Positions 19,198 to 28,508 of a stretch of DNA of 64,000 nucleotides are shown piece after piece (the stretch's first letter is position 1; every line of letters begins with the position of its first letter). Position numbers and translations under genes: made by a program. Source of the stretch: a virus; the IMG/VR virus record IMGVR_UViG_3300044825_001003, positions 38,749-102,748 of that record; one strand, written 5' to 3'. Under the pieces are notes generated by a model. That model was given only the letters and a program-made list of their open reading frames with translations, ran no database searches and was not told the DNA's origin.

Positions 19198-22100
19198 ATG
19201 GAAACAAAAGAACCAGATAGCAGGCTGTCGGTAAGGAAAGAAGACCTGGATGACCAGGAGCTTTACCGATTAAATCAAGTCATCAACGATCTTTACTCTA
19301 AGGTCTCTACGGCCAGAGATGAGACGGCTGATGCTGCGGGTAAATTCACCCGGTCTGGTGTAATCAAGTCACCCAATGACCAATCCACTAACCCTGTCCC
19401 TATTCTTCCTTCTACCGGGATACCTCAACCCGGAGCCGGTGATTGGACTCTTAATTCGGTAGTTTACTCAGCCGGAGAAGACGGTCTTCAGTATGGCTTT
19501 GCTAGTGCGACTATCTCTAATAAGTCGGCAGCAGTTGACTACTACTCCATGTTTATCCAGGACTACTCTTCTGGATATGTGGATACGAACGGAACCGCCG
19601 TCACTCTGACTGCCGCCAGTAAAGAAGCTGGAAATACTTTTGAGAACTGTGTAGCTAATCAGGTAATTAATATCAACGGGGTAGCTTATACTATTGCAAG
19701 CGCCCCGGTTTCTCCTTTTGAGAGCCTAACTTTAACTACTAGCGCTGGGGTCCAATCAAATGTATACTTCAACCTTAATCCAGTAAACGGCGGCAAATGG
19801 GAAGAGATTGCTTCCGATGCAGAAGCAGGAACTTGGCAACTTCGACCGCCTACTGGATGGGACGTTCCTTGCTGTATCACCGCAAGTACTAAAGACGAAA
19901 AGACCTACCAGCCGGAAGATAACGTAAACTACAAGCGCCTTGTATTTGCTCCATGGGCCGACGCTCCACAGGTGACGAACTTTAGCGTGACCGTTGAGCA
20001 GCAAGACCCAACTACAACGGACATCCCTAGCGGAAAATTTGTCGTAAATTTCACAAAGCCGCTTGACCCAGAATATTACTACGCTTCAGTTGAGCGCTTG
20101 TGGTACGTCAATAGTTCTTTTACCGGGAATATAGGAGCTACCGCAGTTGTAGATATTGTCGGAAACACGGTTACGTACAACTCTACTTCATCTATTTATG
20201 GAGCATACTTCAAGGGTCAGCTATTCAACAACATCCAGCCTGGGGACACTGTATATATAGATGTCGGGCCAAGCCTGCCGGAAACAAGTTCCTATATTGT
20301 CTCTGAAGTCATCAGCAATACTCAGATAAAACTAACAACAAACCCACCAGCGGGAACAGAGCGGCTTTTTGCTCAATGGGGTAGAGTAGCTGGGGAGATA
20401 AATCCTTTCACGCAAACAGACTACTGGCCCTTGCCTACTTCGGCAGAATACTGGAAATTCAGGTGTAGATCTGTAAACCATAGGGAAATCGCAAACAACA
20501 CCGCATTCCCAACTTCAAATGTAACCGTCCCTGCCTCTGGCGGAATCACGCCACTAACCCCAGCTACTCAGCCTGGATCTGGCGACTGGTCATTAAACGC
20601 ATTACAGTATTCGACCGACGAAGCTGGCAACTCTTCGATCTTTGTTAGCGCCACGATTACGACCCCAGCGGCAAACGCAGATTATTATTCACTTTTCTGG
20701 CAGCGAACATCGACTCCTGTTTCTGGAGACTGGATTGAAATTGCTGCTGATGCTACGGCTGGCACTTGGCAAGAATGGCCTTCGGCTGGTGCGACTTACG
20801 TTGTCGCTATCGCCGCAAACAAAAACACCTATAAGCTTGACCAGCCAGACGAAAGTATCCCGTCTTACTATAAGAGCCTTGTCATTCCGGCATGGGGTCC
20901 AGCGGATCAGGTAACCGGATTTTCCGTTACCGTTGAAACTCAAAACAGGGCTGGAATACCTAGCGGAAGATTCGTATTTAACTTTACAAAGCCATCCGAC
21001 CCTGACTACTACTACGCACAGATATCAAGGATCGCCACAGATGCGACCTACACCCCTCTGCCTGGAGCGGTTTATGGAGTAGTAGCCGGAGAGGTAAACC
21101 CAACAAAACAAACAGATTGGTGGCCTCTTCCTGCAACTGCTGAGTATTGGACATTCAAATCGGAATCGGTAAATTACCGAAAGGAATTTAACACAACTTC
21201 AGCGCCAATATCAAATGTATCGGTATCCACTAGCAGTGGCATTACGCAGATTGCGCCAGCAACTATTACGACAGCAGCTTTTGCTTCTACAATTCGGCCA
21301 GTTGATCTTGTATCTACGGCCTCTATATCCGTTAGTTCTATAGTTGTAGCTTCTAATACTGGGACTGTAACCACATCCTCCGCTCATGGACTTGCAAGCG
21401 GAAGACAGGTAGCAATATTTGGAGGAACAGGGACAAGCTCTAAGCTAAACGGTCTATATGCGATTACCGTAACTGGCGCAAATACATTCACTATCACAAC
21501 TTCAGGCGTATCCAATGGCACGTATAGCGCCGGGCTAAGTGAGGTTCCGCTTCCATCGCTTCCATCGGCTACATATCCAAGTGGGGCTGTAGCATTTATG
21601 ACGGCCAACACCAAGCTGTATAGATCTAATGGAACCTCTTGGACGTCGGCTGCTGACGGTAGCGATATTATCTCCAACTCTATCACCGCTGGCCAGATCG
21701 CCGCTGGGGCTATCAGCACGACAGAGTTGTTTGCCGGTGAAATATTGGTCGGCCAGGGCAGCGGGAAGCCAACTAGATTTAAGGTAGTAGACTCAAGCAG
21801 TAATACAATTGGCTTTATTGGGGATGATAGCAGCATTCCTTTTGTTGGTGCGTATTTCGTCAACCTTAGGATTGGGCCAAATATCAGCACCCCTATTATC
21901 TCGGCAAGTTCTTCTGGTGTCTCTATAAATGGAGCAACTTTCTCGCTTGCTGCGAATGGGATTACGACCACAATAGACAATACCACGTCTGGCGGATATA
22001 CCGCTGGGCTGAGAATAGTAAATACAGCAGCAGATAAACTGATCCAGCTAGGTCTTGACGGCCCATCTAATTACCCATCTTTCAGAGTAAACGACACGTC

Positions 22101-25100
22101 CGCTAATTCTGGGTTTGTTTTATCCGTAACGAATACTGGAGGGTCTGCTACATTCAATGATTTAGCTGGCTCAAGCGGCGTAGAAATACAGGGCCAGTAT
22201 TCTACGTATACTACAGGCGGTTTCCGTGGGTCTATTACCACTGGCAGAATCCAGGCAACTAGAGAGTTTCAACTTGGCAGTACCGCTACCGCAGGATATG
22301 TATTAACCACCGACGCCCAAGGCGTAGGCACTTGGCAATCTCTTCCAGGCGGGGGGATATCTTCAATAAATTCCCAGACCGGTCCTGCTATAACAATTGC
22401 AGCAAGTACTGGTATTTCGATTGCTTCTGCCACAAACACAATAACCATTACCAATAGTGGCGTCACATCCCTGACTGGCACTACTAATCAGGTAAATGTA
22501 TCAGCATCGACAGGCTCGGTGACTCTAAGCCTGCCGCAAGATATCGCAACTACGTCATCGCCAACCTTTACAGCCGTCAATACCGCTACAGTTGGCCCGA
22601 CCTCAGCTACCGCTCTCAACCTTAGAACGGACAATACTACCAGATGGTCAATTGATTCTGCGGGGATGCTTTCTCCAGGGGCAAATGATACCTATGACAT
22701 TGGCTTAACTGGAACCAGGGTTAGGACTATATATTCCAGAGCTGGAGAGTTTTACGTTTCTGGAGGGACTTCAACCAGCGACTACCTGACCACCAGGAAG
22801 TTAAATATTTATGATTCAACCGGGACTAACGCCGGATGGGACATACAAGCCACCGCCAGCCTTACCAGTTCACTGTTAATAAGGGACAATTCCGGTAACT
22901 CGGTAATTCAGTTCGTAAGAACGACCGGCTCTGACTATGCAGATGTATACGTAGACCTTCTACCAAGTCCAAATAACGGGCAAAAACTAGGCAGCGCTTC
23001 TTACATGTGGAGCGCTATCCACGTCACGGATATATACACATCTGGCGGAAGCGTATACGGGAGTCTCGATCCAGCAGCTACCAACACCTACACTATCGGC
23101 AGTACATCAAAGAGGTGGTCTCAGGTAAATACGGTTGCACTTAACGCAACAGGTACAATTACGTTTCCAACTGGCGCTTCAAACGGATACGTCTGGACTT
23201 CCGATGCTTCTGGCGTAGGTAGCTGGCAAGCTGTTTCTGGCTCAAGTCAATGGACTACCAGTGGATCGGATATATATCGAAGCACCGGGATAGTCACTGT
23301 CGGCGCTACTACGCCAACTGTTCGACTTGGACAGAATTTCAACGTAAACTACTCTAATGATTACTCCGGTATAGCTATAAACACTTGGTCTAGTACCGGA
23401 AGCCATGGGTCTATCGTAGATTTTAACAAGTCTGCCTCGTCAACAATCGGAACCCAATCAGCAGTAGCAAGCGGCAACTCTCTAGGCTTATTAGTATTTA
23501 GAGGTTCTGACGGAACTTCATTCCAGAGATCTTCTGAAATAATTGCAGAAGTTGACTCTTCCGTATCTTCAGGCATAGTCCCTGGTAGGATTTCGCTAAG
23601 GACAGCAAATTCTTCAGGTGTGATGACCGACAGGGTAAGAATTGATTCAACTGGCAAAATAGGCTTTGGAACAACCACTCCATCCCAACCTATTAACGCA
23701 TCAGTTACAGACTCTAGCACTGGGGCTACCAGCAGTATTAGCGGAAGCGATACCTTGGCTGGGTATTACGGTCAGACGTTCGCTTCTCCAAGCTCTAATC
23801 CGGCAGGAATAAGACTATATACCAGTGCGTATCAAGAAGTAACATCGACAACTGGTGGCGCGAATGTGACGGTGAGTGGCTCTGTTTCTCGCGCGAATCA
23901 TTCTGGTTCGACATTAATTGCAGCCGCTTACGGATCTCAGTCCTTTGTGTTTAACTCAGGCACTGGCAATATAGATTCCGCAGTCGGGCACCTTTATGGA
24001 ACCTATATTGTAGGATCTGGAAATATAGTAAACAATTTTGGGATCGTCGTAGGAACCCCCGTATTAACTAGTTCTGGTACTATAACCAACAACTATGGAA
24101 TCTATATTCAAGACCAGAATATAGGCACTACTAAATGGGGAATTTATGTAGACGGAAGCAGTGTAAATAGCTACTTCGCGGGTAGGATCGGTATCGGCGC
24201 AACTCCAGATGCACTATTAACTGTTAATACAATTGCAAGTTTCGGCGACGGCGCAGCAGCCACTCCATCCATCGCACACAAGGGAGACTTGAACACAGGG
24301 TTTTGGTTCCCCGCTGCGGATACAATAGCTGCTTCGACCGCTGGGGTCGAAAGGTGGAGGATAAACTCTTCAGGCGTCCTTGTTCCAGGAGCAAGTGACA
24401 CTTATGATATTGGCGTTACCTCTCCATCTTTGAATAGAGCTAGGAATATCTACTCTCAATCTATCAACACGGCAAGCGTAGATGTTGTCAGCGGTACGTC
24501 TGTCTCTTCATACTGGAGGCATTCGCTTTCTGGATCTAGCACATACAGGCTCAGCAGCGGAGGAGGCAGCCCTCAAATAGAATTACAGGCCACTGTAGTC
24601 AGCTCTAGCAATACACAATTCGGCATAAGGGGCACGCTATATCCTTTAGATACAACCGGATCCAATGGAGATTTAGGGTATTCTTCAATTCCATGGAGAT
24701 CCCTGTATATTAACGGCTTAATCAGCGCAAACGGATCGGTGGGGAGTAACGGGCAACTCCTATCTACCAATGGAACGACACTCGCTCAATGGGTCAATAT
24801 CACCAGCCAGCTTACCGGAGGAACCGGAGTTACTATCAGCGGGACAACTAACGCTACCATTTCTATCGGTCAAGCAGTTGGCACTACAAGTAATGTTACG
24901 TTTAATAGTATTACCCTGGCCAATGGTAACACTAATGGCATATCGCTTAAAGATACAGGCGGAACAGCCAGGGTGTGCCTCACTATTGGCTCCGATAACA
25001 ATCTATACCTAGACAACAATGATTCAACGTATGACATCTACATCAGACCAGGGGCCAGCCGGTACACCTTCGTGGACGGAGCTTACTTCGCCCCATTCAC

Positions 25101-25269
25101 GAACAACGGCATAAGCCTTGGATACAACGGACAAGGATGGTCGAATGTATATTCTTATGCGTACTGGGCTCACAACGGAACAAGTTGGACGGCTGGCTGG
25201 ACTGGAACATTTACCGCAGACGGCCAAACCGTGACAGTCCAAGATGGAATCATTACAAATGTTGTATAA
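19198..25269 (+). CDS. Tail fibre / receptor-binding protein
   Basis: Ser/Thr/Gly-rich; ITAGQIAAGAISTTEL, GYVLTTDAQGVGTW and repeated P..N..Y.IG fibre motifs; duplicated N-terminal domain. Confidence 0.8.
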   Translation: METKEPDSRLSVRKEDLDDQELYRLNQVINDLYSKVSTARDETADAAGKFTRSGVIKSPNDQSTNPVPILPSTGIPQPGAGDWTLNSVVYSAGEDGLQYGFASATISNKSAAVDYYSMFIQDYSSGYVDTNGTAVTLTAASKEAGNTFENCVANQVININGVAYTIASAPVSPFESLTLTTSAGVQSNVYFNLNPVNGGKWEEIASDAEAGTWQLRPPTGWDVPCCITASTKDEKTYQPEDNVNYKRLVFAPWADAPQVTNFSVTVEQQDPTTTDIPSGKFVVNFTKPLDPEYYYASVERLWYVNSSFTGNIGATAVVDIVGNTVTYNSTSSIYGAYFKGQLFNNIQPGDTVYIDVGPSLPETSSYIVSEVISNTQIKLTTNPPAGTERLFAQWGRVAGEINPFTQTDYWPLPTSAEYWKFRCRSVNHREIANNTAFPTSNVTVPASGGITPLTPATQPGSGDWSLNALQYSTDEAGNSSIFVSATITTPAANADYYSLFWQRTSTPVSGDWIEIAADATAGTWQEWPSAGATYVVAIAANKNTYKLDQPDESIPSYYKSLVIPAWGPADQVTGFSVTVETQNRAGIPSGRFVFNFTKPSDPDYYYAQISRIATDATYTPLPGAVYGVVAGEVNPTKQTDWWPLPATAEYWTFKSESVNYRKEFNTTSAPISNVSVSTSSGITQIAPATITTAAFASTIRPVDLVSTASISVSSIVVASNTGTVTTSSAHGLASGRQVAIFGGTGTSSKLNGLYAITVTGANTFTITTSGVSNGTYSAGLSEVPLPSLPSATYPSGAVAFMTANTKLYRSNGTSWTSAADGSDIISNSITAGQIAAGAISTTELFAGEILVGQGSGKPTRFKVVDSSSNTIGFIGDDSSIPFVGAYFVNLRIGPNISTPIISASSSGVSINGATFSLAANGITTTIDNTTSGGYTAGLRIVNTAADKLIQLGLDGPSNYPSFRVNDTSANSGFVLSVTNTGGSATFNDLAGSSGVEIQGQYSTYTTGGFRGSITTGRIQATREFQLGSTATAGYVLTTDAQGVGTWQSLPGGGISSINSQTGPAITIAASTGISIASATNTITITNSGVTSLTGTTNQVNVSASTGSVTLSLPQDIATTSSPTFTAVNTATVGPTSATALNLRTDNTTRWSIDSAGMLSPGANDTYDIGLTGTRVRTIYSRAGEFYVSGGTSTSDYLTTRKLNIYDSTGTNAGWDIQATASLTSSLLIRDNSGNSVIQFVRTTGSDYADVYVDLLPSPNNGQKLGSASYMWSAIHVTDIYTSGGSVYGSLDPAATNTYTIGSTSKRWSQVNTVALNATGTITFPTGASNGYVWTSDASGVGSWQAVSGSSQWTTSGSDIYRSTGIVTVGATTPTVRLGQNFNVNYSNDYSGIAINTWSSTGSHGSIVDFNKSASSTIGTQSAVASGNSLGLLVFRGSDGTSFQRSSEIIAEVDSSVSSGIVPGRISLRTANSSGVMTDRVRIDSTGKIGFGTTTPSQPINASVTDSSTGATSSISGSDTLAGYYGQTFASPSSNPAGIRLYTSAYQEVTSTTGGANVTVSGSVSRANHSGSTLIAAAYGSQSFVFNSGTGNIDSAVGHLYGTYIVGSGNIVNNFGIVVGTPVLTSSGTITNNYGIYIQDQNIGTTKWGIYVDGSSVNSYFAGRIGIGATPDALLTVNTIASFGDGAAATPSIAHKGDLNTGFWFPAADTIAASTAGVERWRINSSGVLVPGASDTYDIGVTSPSLNRARNIYSQSINTASVDVVSGTSVSSYWRHSLSGSSTYRLSSGGGSPQIELQATVVSSSNTQFGIRGTLYPLDTTGSNGDLGYSSIPWRSLYINGLISANGSVGSNGQLLSTNGTTLAQWVNITSQLTGGTGVTISGTTNATISIGQAVGTTSNVTFNSITLANGNTNGISLKDTGGTARVCLTIGSDNNLYLDNNDSTYDIYIRPGASRYTFVDGAYFAPFTNNGISLGYNGQGWSNVYSYAYWAHNGTSWTAGWTGTFTADGQTVTVQDGIITNVV

Positions 25270-25276
25270 TGTCGAT

Positions 25277-25603
25277 ATGGCAACACTCGAATTAAGCGTC
25301 AAACAACGCATCCTACTCGAACTTCTTCTCGGTCAACAGCGTGGCTCTGTCGCTGATATTGAGGTCTTCTACGATATCAAGAACAAGCTGCGGGTGAAGG
25401 ACCGCGAACAATACCTACAGGCTCTACCCACTGGCGAGGTCATCATTGATGAGGTTTCTGCCAATGCTCAGGGTAGCGAGCATTTCAATCTGGAAAAGGA
25501 AGAGCGCAAGCGTCTGCTTGAACTGGTCTCTTCACACAAGAACTTTTCCCCTAACGATCTTGAGTGGGTTCTCCCGCTGAAGAAGCAACTGGAAGCAGCG
25601 TGA
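25277..25603 (+). CDS. Hypothetical protein (possible fibre chaperone)
   Basis: Directly after the fibre; ATG is 6 nt after TATAAT. Confidence 0.6.
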   Translation: MATLELSVKQRILLELLLGQQRGSVADIEVFYDIKNKLRVKDREQYLQALPTGEVIIDEVSANAQGSEHFNLEKEERKRLLELVSSHKNFSPNDLEWVLPLKKQLEAA

Positions 25604-26235
25604 TTAAACTAATCCTGCTTGTGCTAACTGCAATTTCTTCAGTAGCGCAAGTTTATTCAGCAGCGACTAATCTGACCGTTGACCTAAAGGGAACGCCAGA
25701 CACTCGCCCCGATACATGGGGAACTGCTGGATATGCAGTAAAGGTAATCACGTTTAACCCGCCTCCTGGTTACAGGGTTCGGATTTTGCGCGTATACGGT
25801 GACTTCCTGGCTTGGCCTATCGGAAAGGTTGAGCCAGGAAAGTTTGCCGGTGTACTTCTAGGACTGCAAACTACCGCCCCGGAAGGCAGCGCACGAATGG
25901 ATTGGGGCGCTGATAACACCATGCTGTACATTCAAGATGCTACTGGCGGGAACCCATGCAGATCTGCATTTGACTACGATGTATCAGTCGGCGGTCTACT
26001 TGAGCCAGATAACAAACTACTGGTCAAGATGGCTGTGTGGCTCAACGACACTGGACTAGCTATTCACATGGAACCGTCCTTCGTAATGGTATACAGGTAC
26101 GAAAAGAATGATAACAATTACGCCCATCAACAGAAGCCCAAACCTGATCGGGTTGTGGTATCTGACTATGGCCCACTCGGGACGGGCCAATCAAGTGTTC
26201 TATTCGTTCCCCCACGACCTCAAGTTCGCCCTTGA
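25600..26235 (+). CDS. Putative exported protein
   Basis: GTGA overlap start gives signal-peptide-like MIKLILLVLTAISSVAQ. Confidence 0.6.
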   Translation: MIKLILLVLTAISSVAQVYSAATNLTVDLKGTPDTRPDTWGTAGYAVKVITFNPPPGYRVRILRVYGDFLAWPIGKVEPGKFAGVLLGLQTTAPEGSARMDWGADNTMLYIQDATGGNPCRSAFDYDVSVGGLLEPDNKLLVKMAVWLNDTGLAIHMEPSFVMVYRYEKNDNNYAHQQKPKPDRVVVSDYGPLGTGQSSVLFVPPRPQVRP

Positions 26236-26632
26236 TTGGGCAATGAACACGACCGCGTTTTACGGTGCCTTTAGAGATCAAGAACTTATCGGCGCTGGAT
26301 GGGTAGATAATCTCCTAGTAATTGGAGAAGATCCGGCGCTCACCAAGGCCGAGCTTGGATTCGGATTCATGCCAAGCTGCACTGTCTTCGAAGCTTTGCA
26401 GGCAGGCAGAATCATGCTAGACTATTCTTTTGACGTACTCGGAGTTGACTTCCTATTTGGCACAACACCGCGCTCAAACAGGGCTGCTCTTGCGTATGCA
26501 AAAAGACTAGGACTACGCATGTACGAGCCTGTCGAAAACTTCTGTACGTATCTCGGCAAGGTGGATGCTTGCGTAACCTCTTCAATCTCGAAGGAGGATT
26601 GGCATGGACGAAGCAAAAAGGAAAGAGCTTGA
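26108..26632 (+). CDS. GNAT-fold acetyltransferase-like protein
   Basis: ELIGAGW, AELGFGF, N.AAL.YAKRLG RimJ/RimL-type pattern; position matches GNAT genes preceding podovirus ejection proteins. Confidence 0.7.
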   Translation: MITITPINRSPNLIGLWYLTMAHSGRANQVFYSFPHDLKFALDWAMNTTAFYGAFRDQELIGAGWVDNLLVIGEDPALTKAELGFGFMPSCTVFEALQAGRIMLDYSFDVLGVDFLFGTTPRSNRAALAYAKRLGLRMYEPVENFCTYLGKVDACVTSSISKEDWHGRSKKERA

Positions 26633-27581
26633 CGATTTCCTGAAGACGGCGCGTAAGGAGTTTGGCGATACGGTCGTCATTACCGCAAACGATAAGCGTC
26701 AGAGAGTAGATGTGATCTCTACCGGATCTCCGAAGGTAGATATCGCAACTGGAATTGGCGGGATTCCCAAGGGGCGAATCACGGAAGTCTTTGGCATGGA
26801 GTCTTCTGGCAAGACAACACTAGCCCTACATGCCGCAGCTAACGTGCAAAAGGCTGGTGAGTCTGTACTGTATGTAGACGTTGAACACGCTCTTGACCCT
26901 CGGTACGCAAGTAACCTTGGCATCAAGTTAGATGATCTAGTGATTAGCCAGCCAGACAACGGAGAGCAGGCCCTTGATGTAATCAAGTTCGGCCTGAAGT
27001 CTAAGGCATTTGGCCTGATCGTCCTTGACTCAGTAGCCTCCCTGGTTCCGCGAGTTGTATTTGAGGGCGACATGGCCGACGCTAACGTAGGCGTAGTGGC
27101 TCGGCTAATGTCTAAGGCTTGTCCGCTTTTCGTAGACCTAGCGGCTAATGCCAATACCGCGCTTTTAATGATTAACCAGATCCGGTCAACCATCGGCCAG
27201 AGTTATGGCGATCCCACGGTTACCAGCGGCGGCAAGGCGCTGAAGTTCTATGCCTCTGTCCGTATGCAGACATTCCGATCCACCCTCCAGAAAGACGGAG
27301 AACTAGTGGTCGGTAATACTGTTAAAGTTAAGGTCGTAAAGAACAAGCTGGCACCGCCATTCAAGGAGTGCGAGGCGGAAATCGTTTACGGTGAAGGGTT
27401 TAGCATGGAAAGCGATCTGCTTGACCTCGGCCAAGAACACGGTCTAGTTGAGCGAAGCGGAGCATGGTACACAATTAACGGAGAGAGAATGCAGGGTGGC
27501 GAAAGAGCCATTCAATACCTCCTAGCCAACCCCGATCTGTGCAAGTCAATGTACGATCAGATCATGGCCACCCTAGCCTAG
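26604..27581 (+). CDS. recA: RecA recombinase
   Basis: ISTGS..DIATGIGGIPKGRITEVFG, Walker A GMESSGKTT, DVEHALDP, SQPDNGEQAL, LDSVA, INQIR, GGKALKFYASVR, KNKLAPPFK, SGAWY; GGAGG RBS. Confidence 0.97.
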   Translation: MDEAKRKELDDFLKTARKEFGDTVVITANDKRQRVDVISTGSPKVDIATGIGGIPKGRITEVFGMESSGKTTLALHAAANVQKAGESVLYVDVEHALDPRYASNLGIKLDDLVISQPDNGEQALDVIKFGLKSKAFGLIVLDSVASLVPRVVFEGDMADANVGVVARLMSKACPLFVDLAANANTALLMINQIRSTIGQSYGDPTVTSGGKALKFYASVRMQTFRSTLQKDGELVVGNTVKVKVVKNKLAPPFKECEAEIVYGEGFSMESDLLDLGQEHGLVERSGAWYTINGERMQGGERAIQYLLANPDLCKSMYDQIMATLA

Positions 27582-27592
27582 CCTAATTTACT

Positions 27593-27649
27593 TTGATATT
27601 GAGAGACTCCAAAACCTACAATCTAGGTAGAGGAGTCTCTTTATTTATT
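27593..27649 (+). promoter_or_regulatory. Putative promoter (TTGATA-N18-TACAAT) embedded in a terminator-like hairpin after recA
   Basis: Stem AGAGACTCC (27602-10)/GGAGTCTCT (27632-40), inner ACCTA/TAGGT, then TTATTTATT. Confidence 0.6.
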
Positions 27650-28498
27650 ATGGGCGGCGGAAGCAAACGCAAAGCAGCAGAGCAAGAGCAGCGAAATATC
27701 TACCAGCAACAGAAAGACCTCGCCGACTTCTTCATGGGTCAGTCCAAGGAAGAACTTGCTCGTCGTCGAGAGATGCAGAAGCCAGTAGTTGACTATTATA
27801 CCCAGCTTGCATCTGGAGATCCGTCAAAGATCTTAACAGCATCTGCCGTTCCTCTCGGCAATCTAGCTAAGATGACCCAGCAAGCTAAGGCTAATATTAT
27901 GGAGATGGCTCCCGGTGCCGCCCGAACCGCAGCTCTTGGCCAACTTAACCGTGAAGCCGGTGGTCAGCAGGCAACGATGCTCAACCAAGCATACTTGTCT
28001 GCTTTCCCCGCTCTACAGGGCATGGCCTCAGAGACAGGTAGTTTTGGTCTACAGCAAGCCGGTGCTGGATACCGTGGCATTGAGGGCGCAGGCGCTACCA
28101 ATAAACAGTTGATGGATACTTATCAGCAGCAGAAGGCTTCGCAGCTTGGCCTAATCGGAAGTCTGGCAGGTGCCGCTGGCAGTATGGTAACTGGTGGGCT
28201 CATGGGCGGCAAAGGAGCGGCCGGAACTGCTGGTAAATCATTTAGCCCATCTACGTTTCAATACGCTTTAGCTGGAGCGCCAAGTATATTTAACGCCGTT
28301 TCTCCCGGTGCCGGTGGCGGCATGTCGGCTCTCCCTCAGACTGCTCCAATTGGCTCTGGATTTAATCTGCCAACTACGTATAGCGGCATCCCTAATGCAA
28401 GTTGGTATACATCTCCACTACCCACGGCGGCGACTAATCCATACATACAAATTCCTGGATCTCCTGCCGGATATGGAGCCAGCGTAGGACCGAGGTAA
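27650..28498 (+). CDS. Ejection (internal virion) protein 1
   Basis: MGGGSK start, Gln/Ala/Gly-rich helical body with glycine-rich hydrophobic segment, typical of DNA-transfer proteins. Confidence 0.6.
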   Translation: MGGGSKRKAAEQEQRNIYQQQKDLADFFMGQSKEELARRREMQKPVVDYYTQLASGDPSKILTASAVPLGNLAKMTQQAKANIMEMAPGAARTAALGQLNREAGGQQATMLNQAYLSAFPALQGMASETGSFGLQQAGAGYRGIEGAGATNKQLMDTYQQQKASQLGLIGSLAGAAGSMVTGGLMGGKGAAGTAGKSFSPSTFQYALAGAPSIFNAVSPGAGGGMSALPQTAPIGSGFNLPTTYSGIPNASWYTSPLPTAATNPYIQIPGSPAGYGASVGPR

Positions 28499-28508
28499 TT
28501 TTACGACT

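Noticed and set aside
26108-26235. 128-nt overlap between the exported protein and the GNAT as a programmed frameshift
   Set aside because: No clear slippery site; most simply a late stop codon extending the upstream gene.
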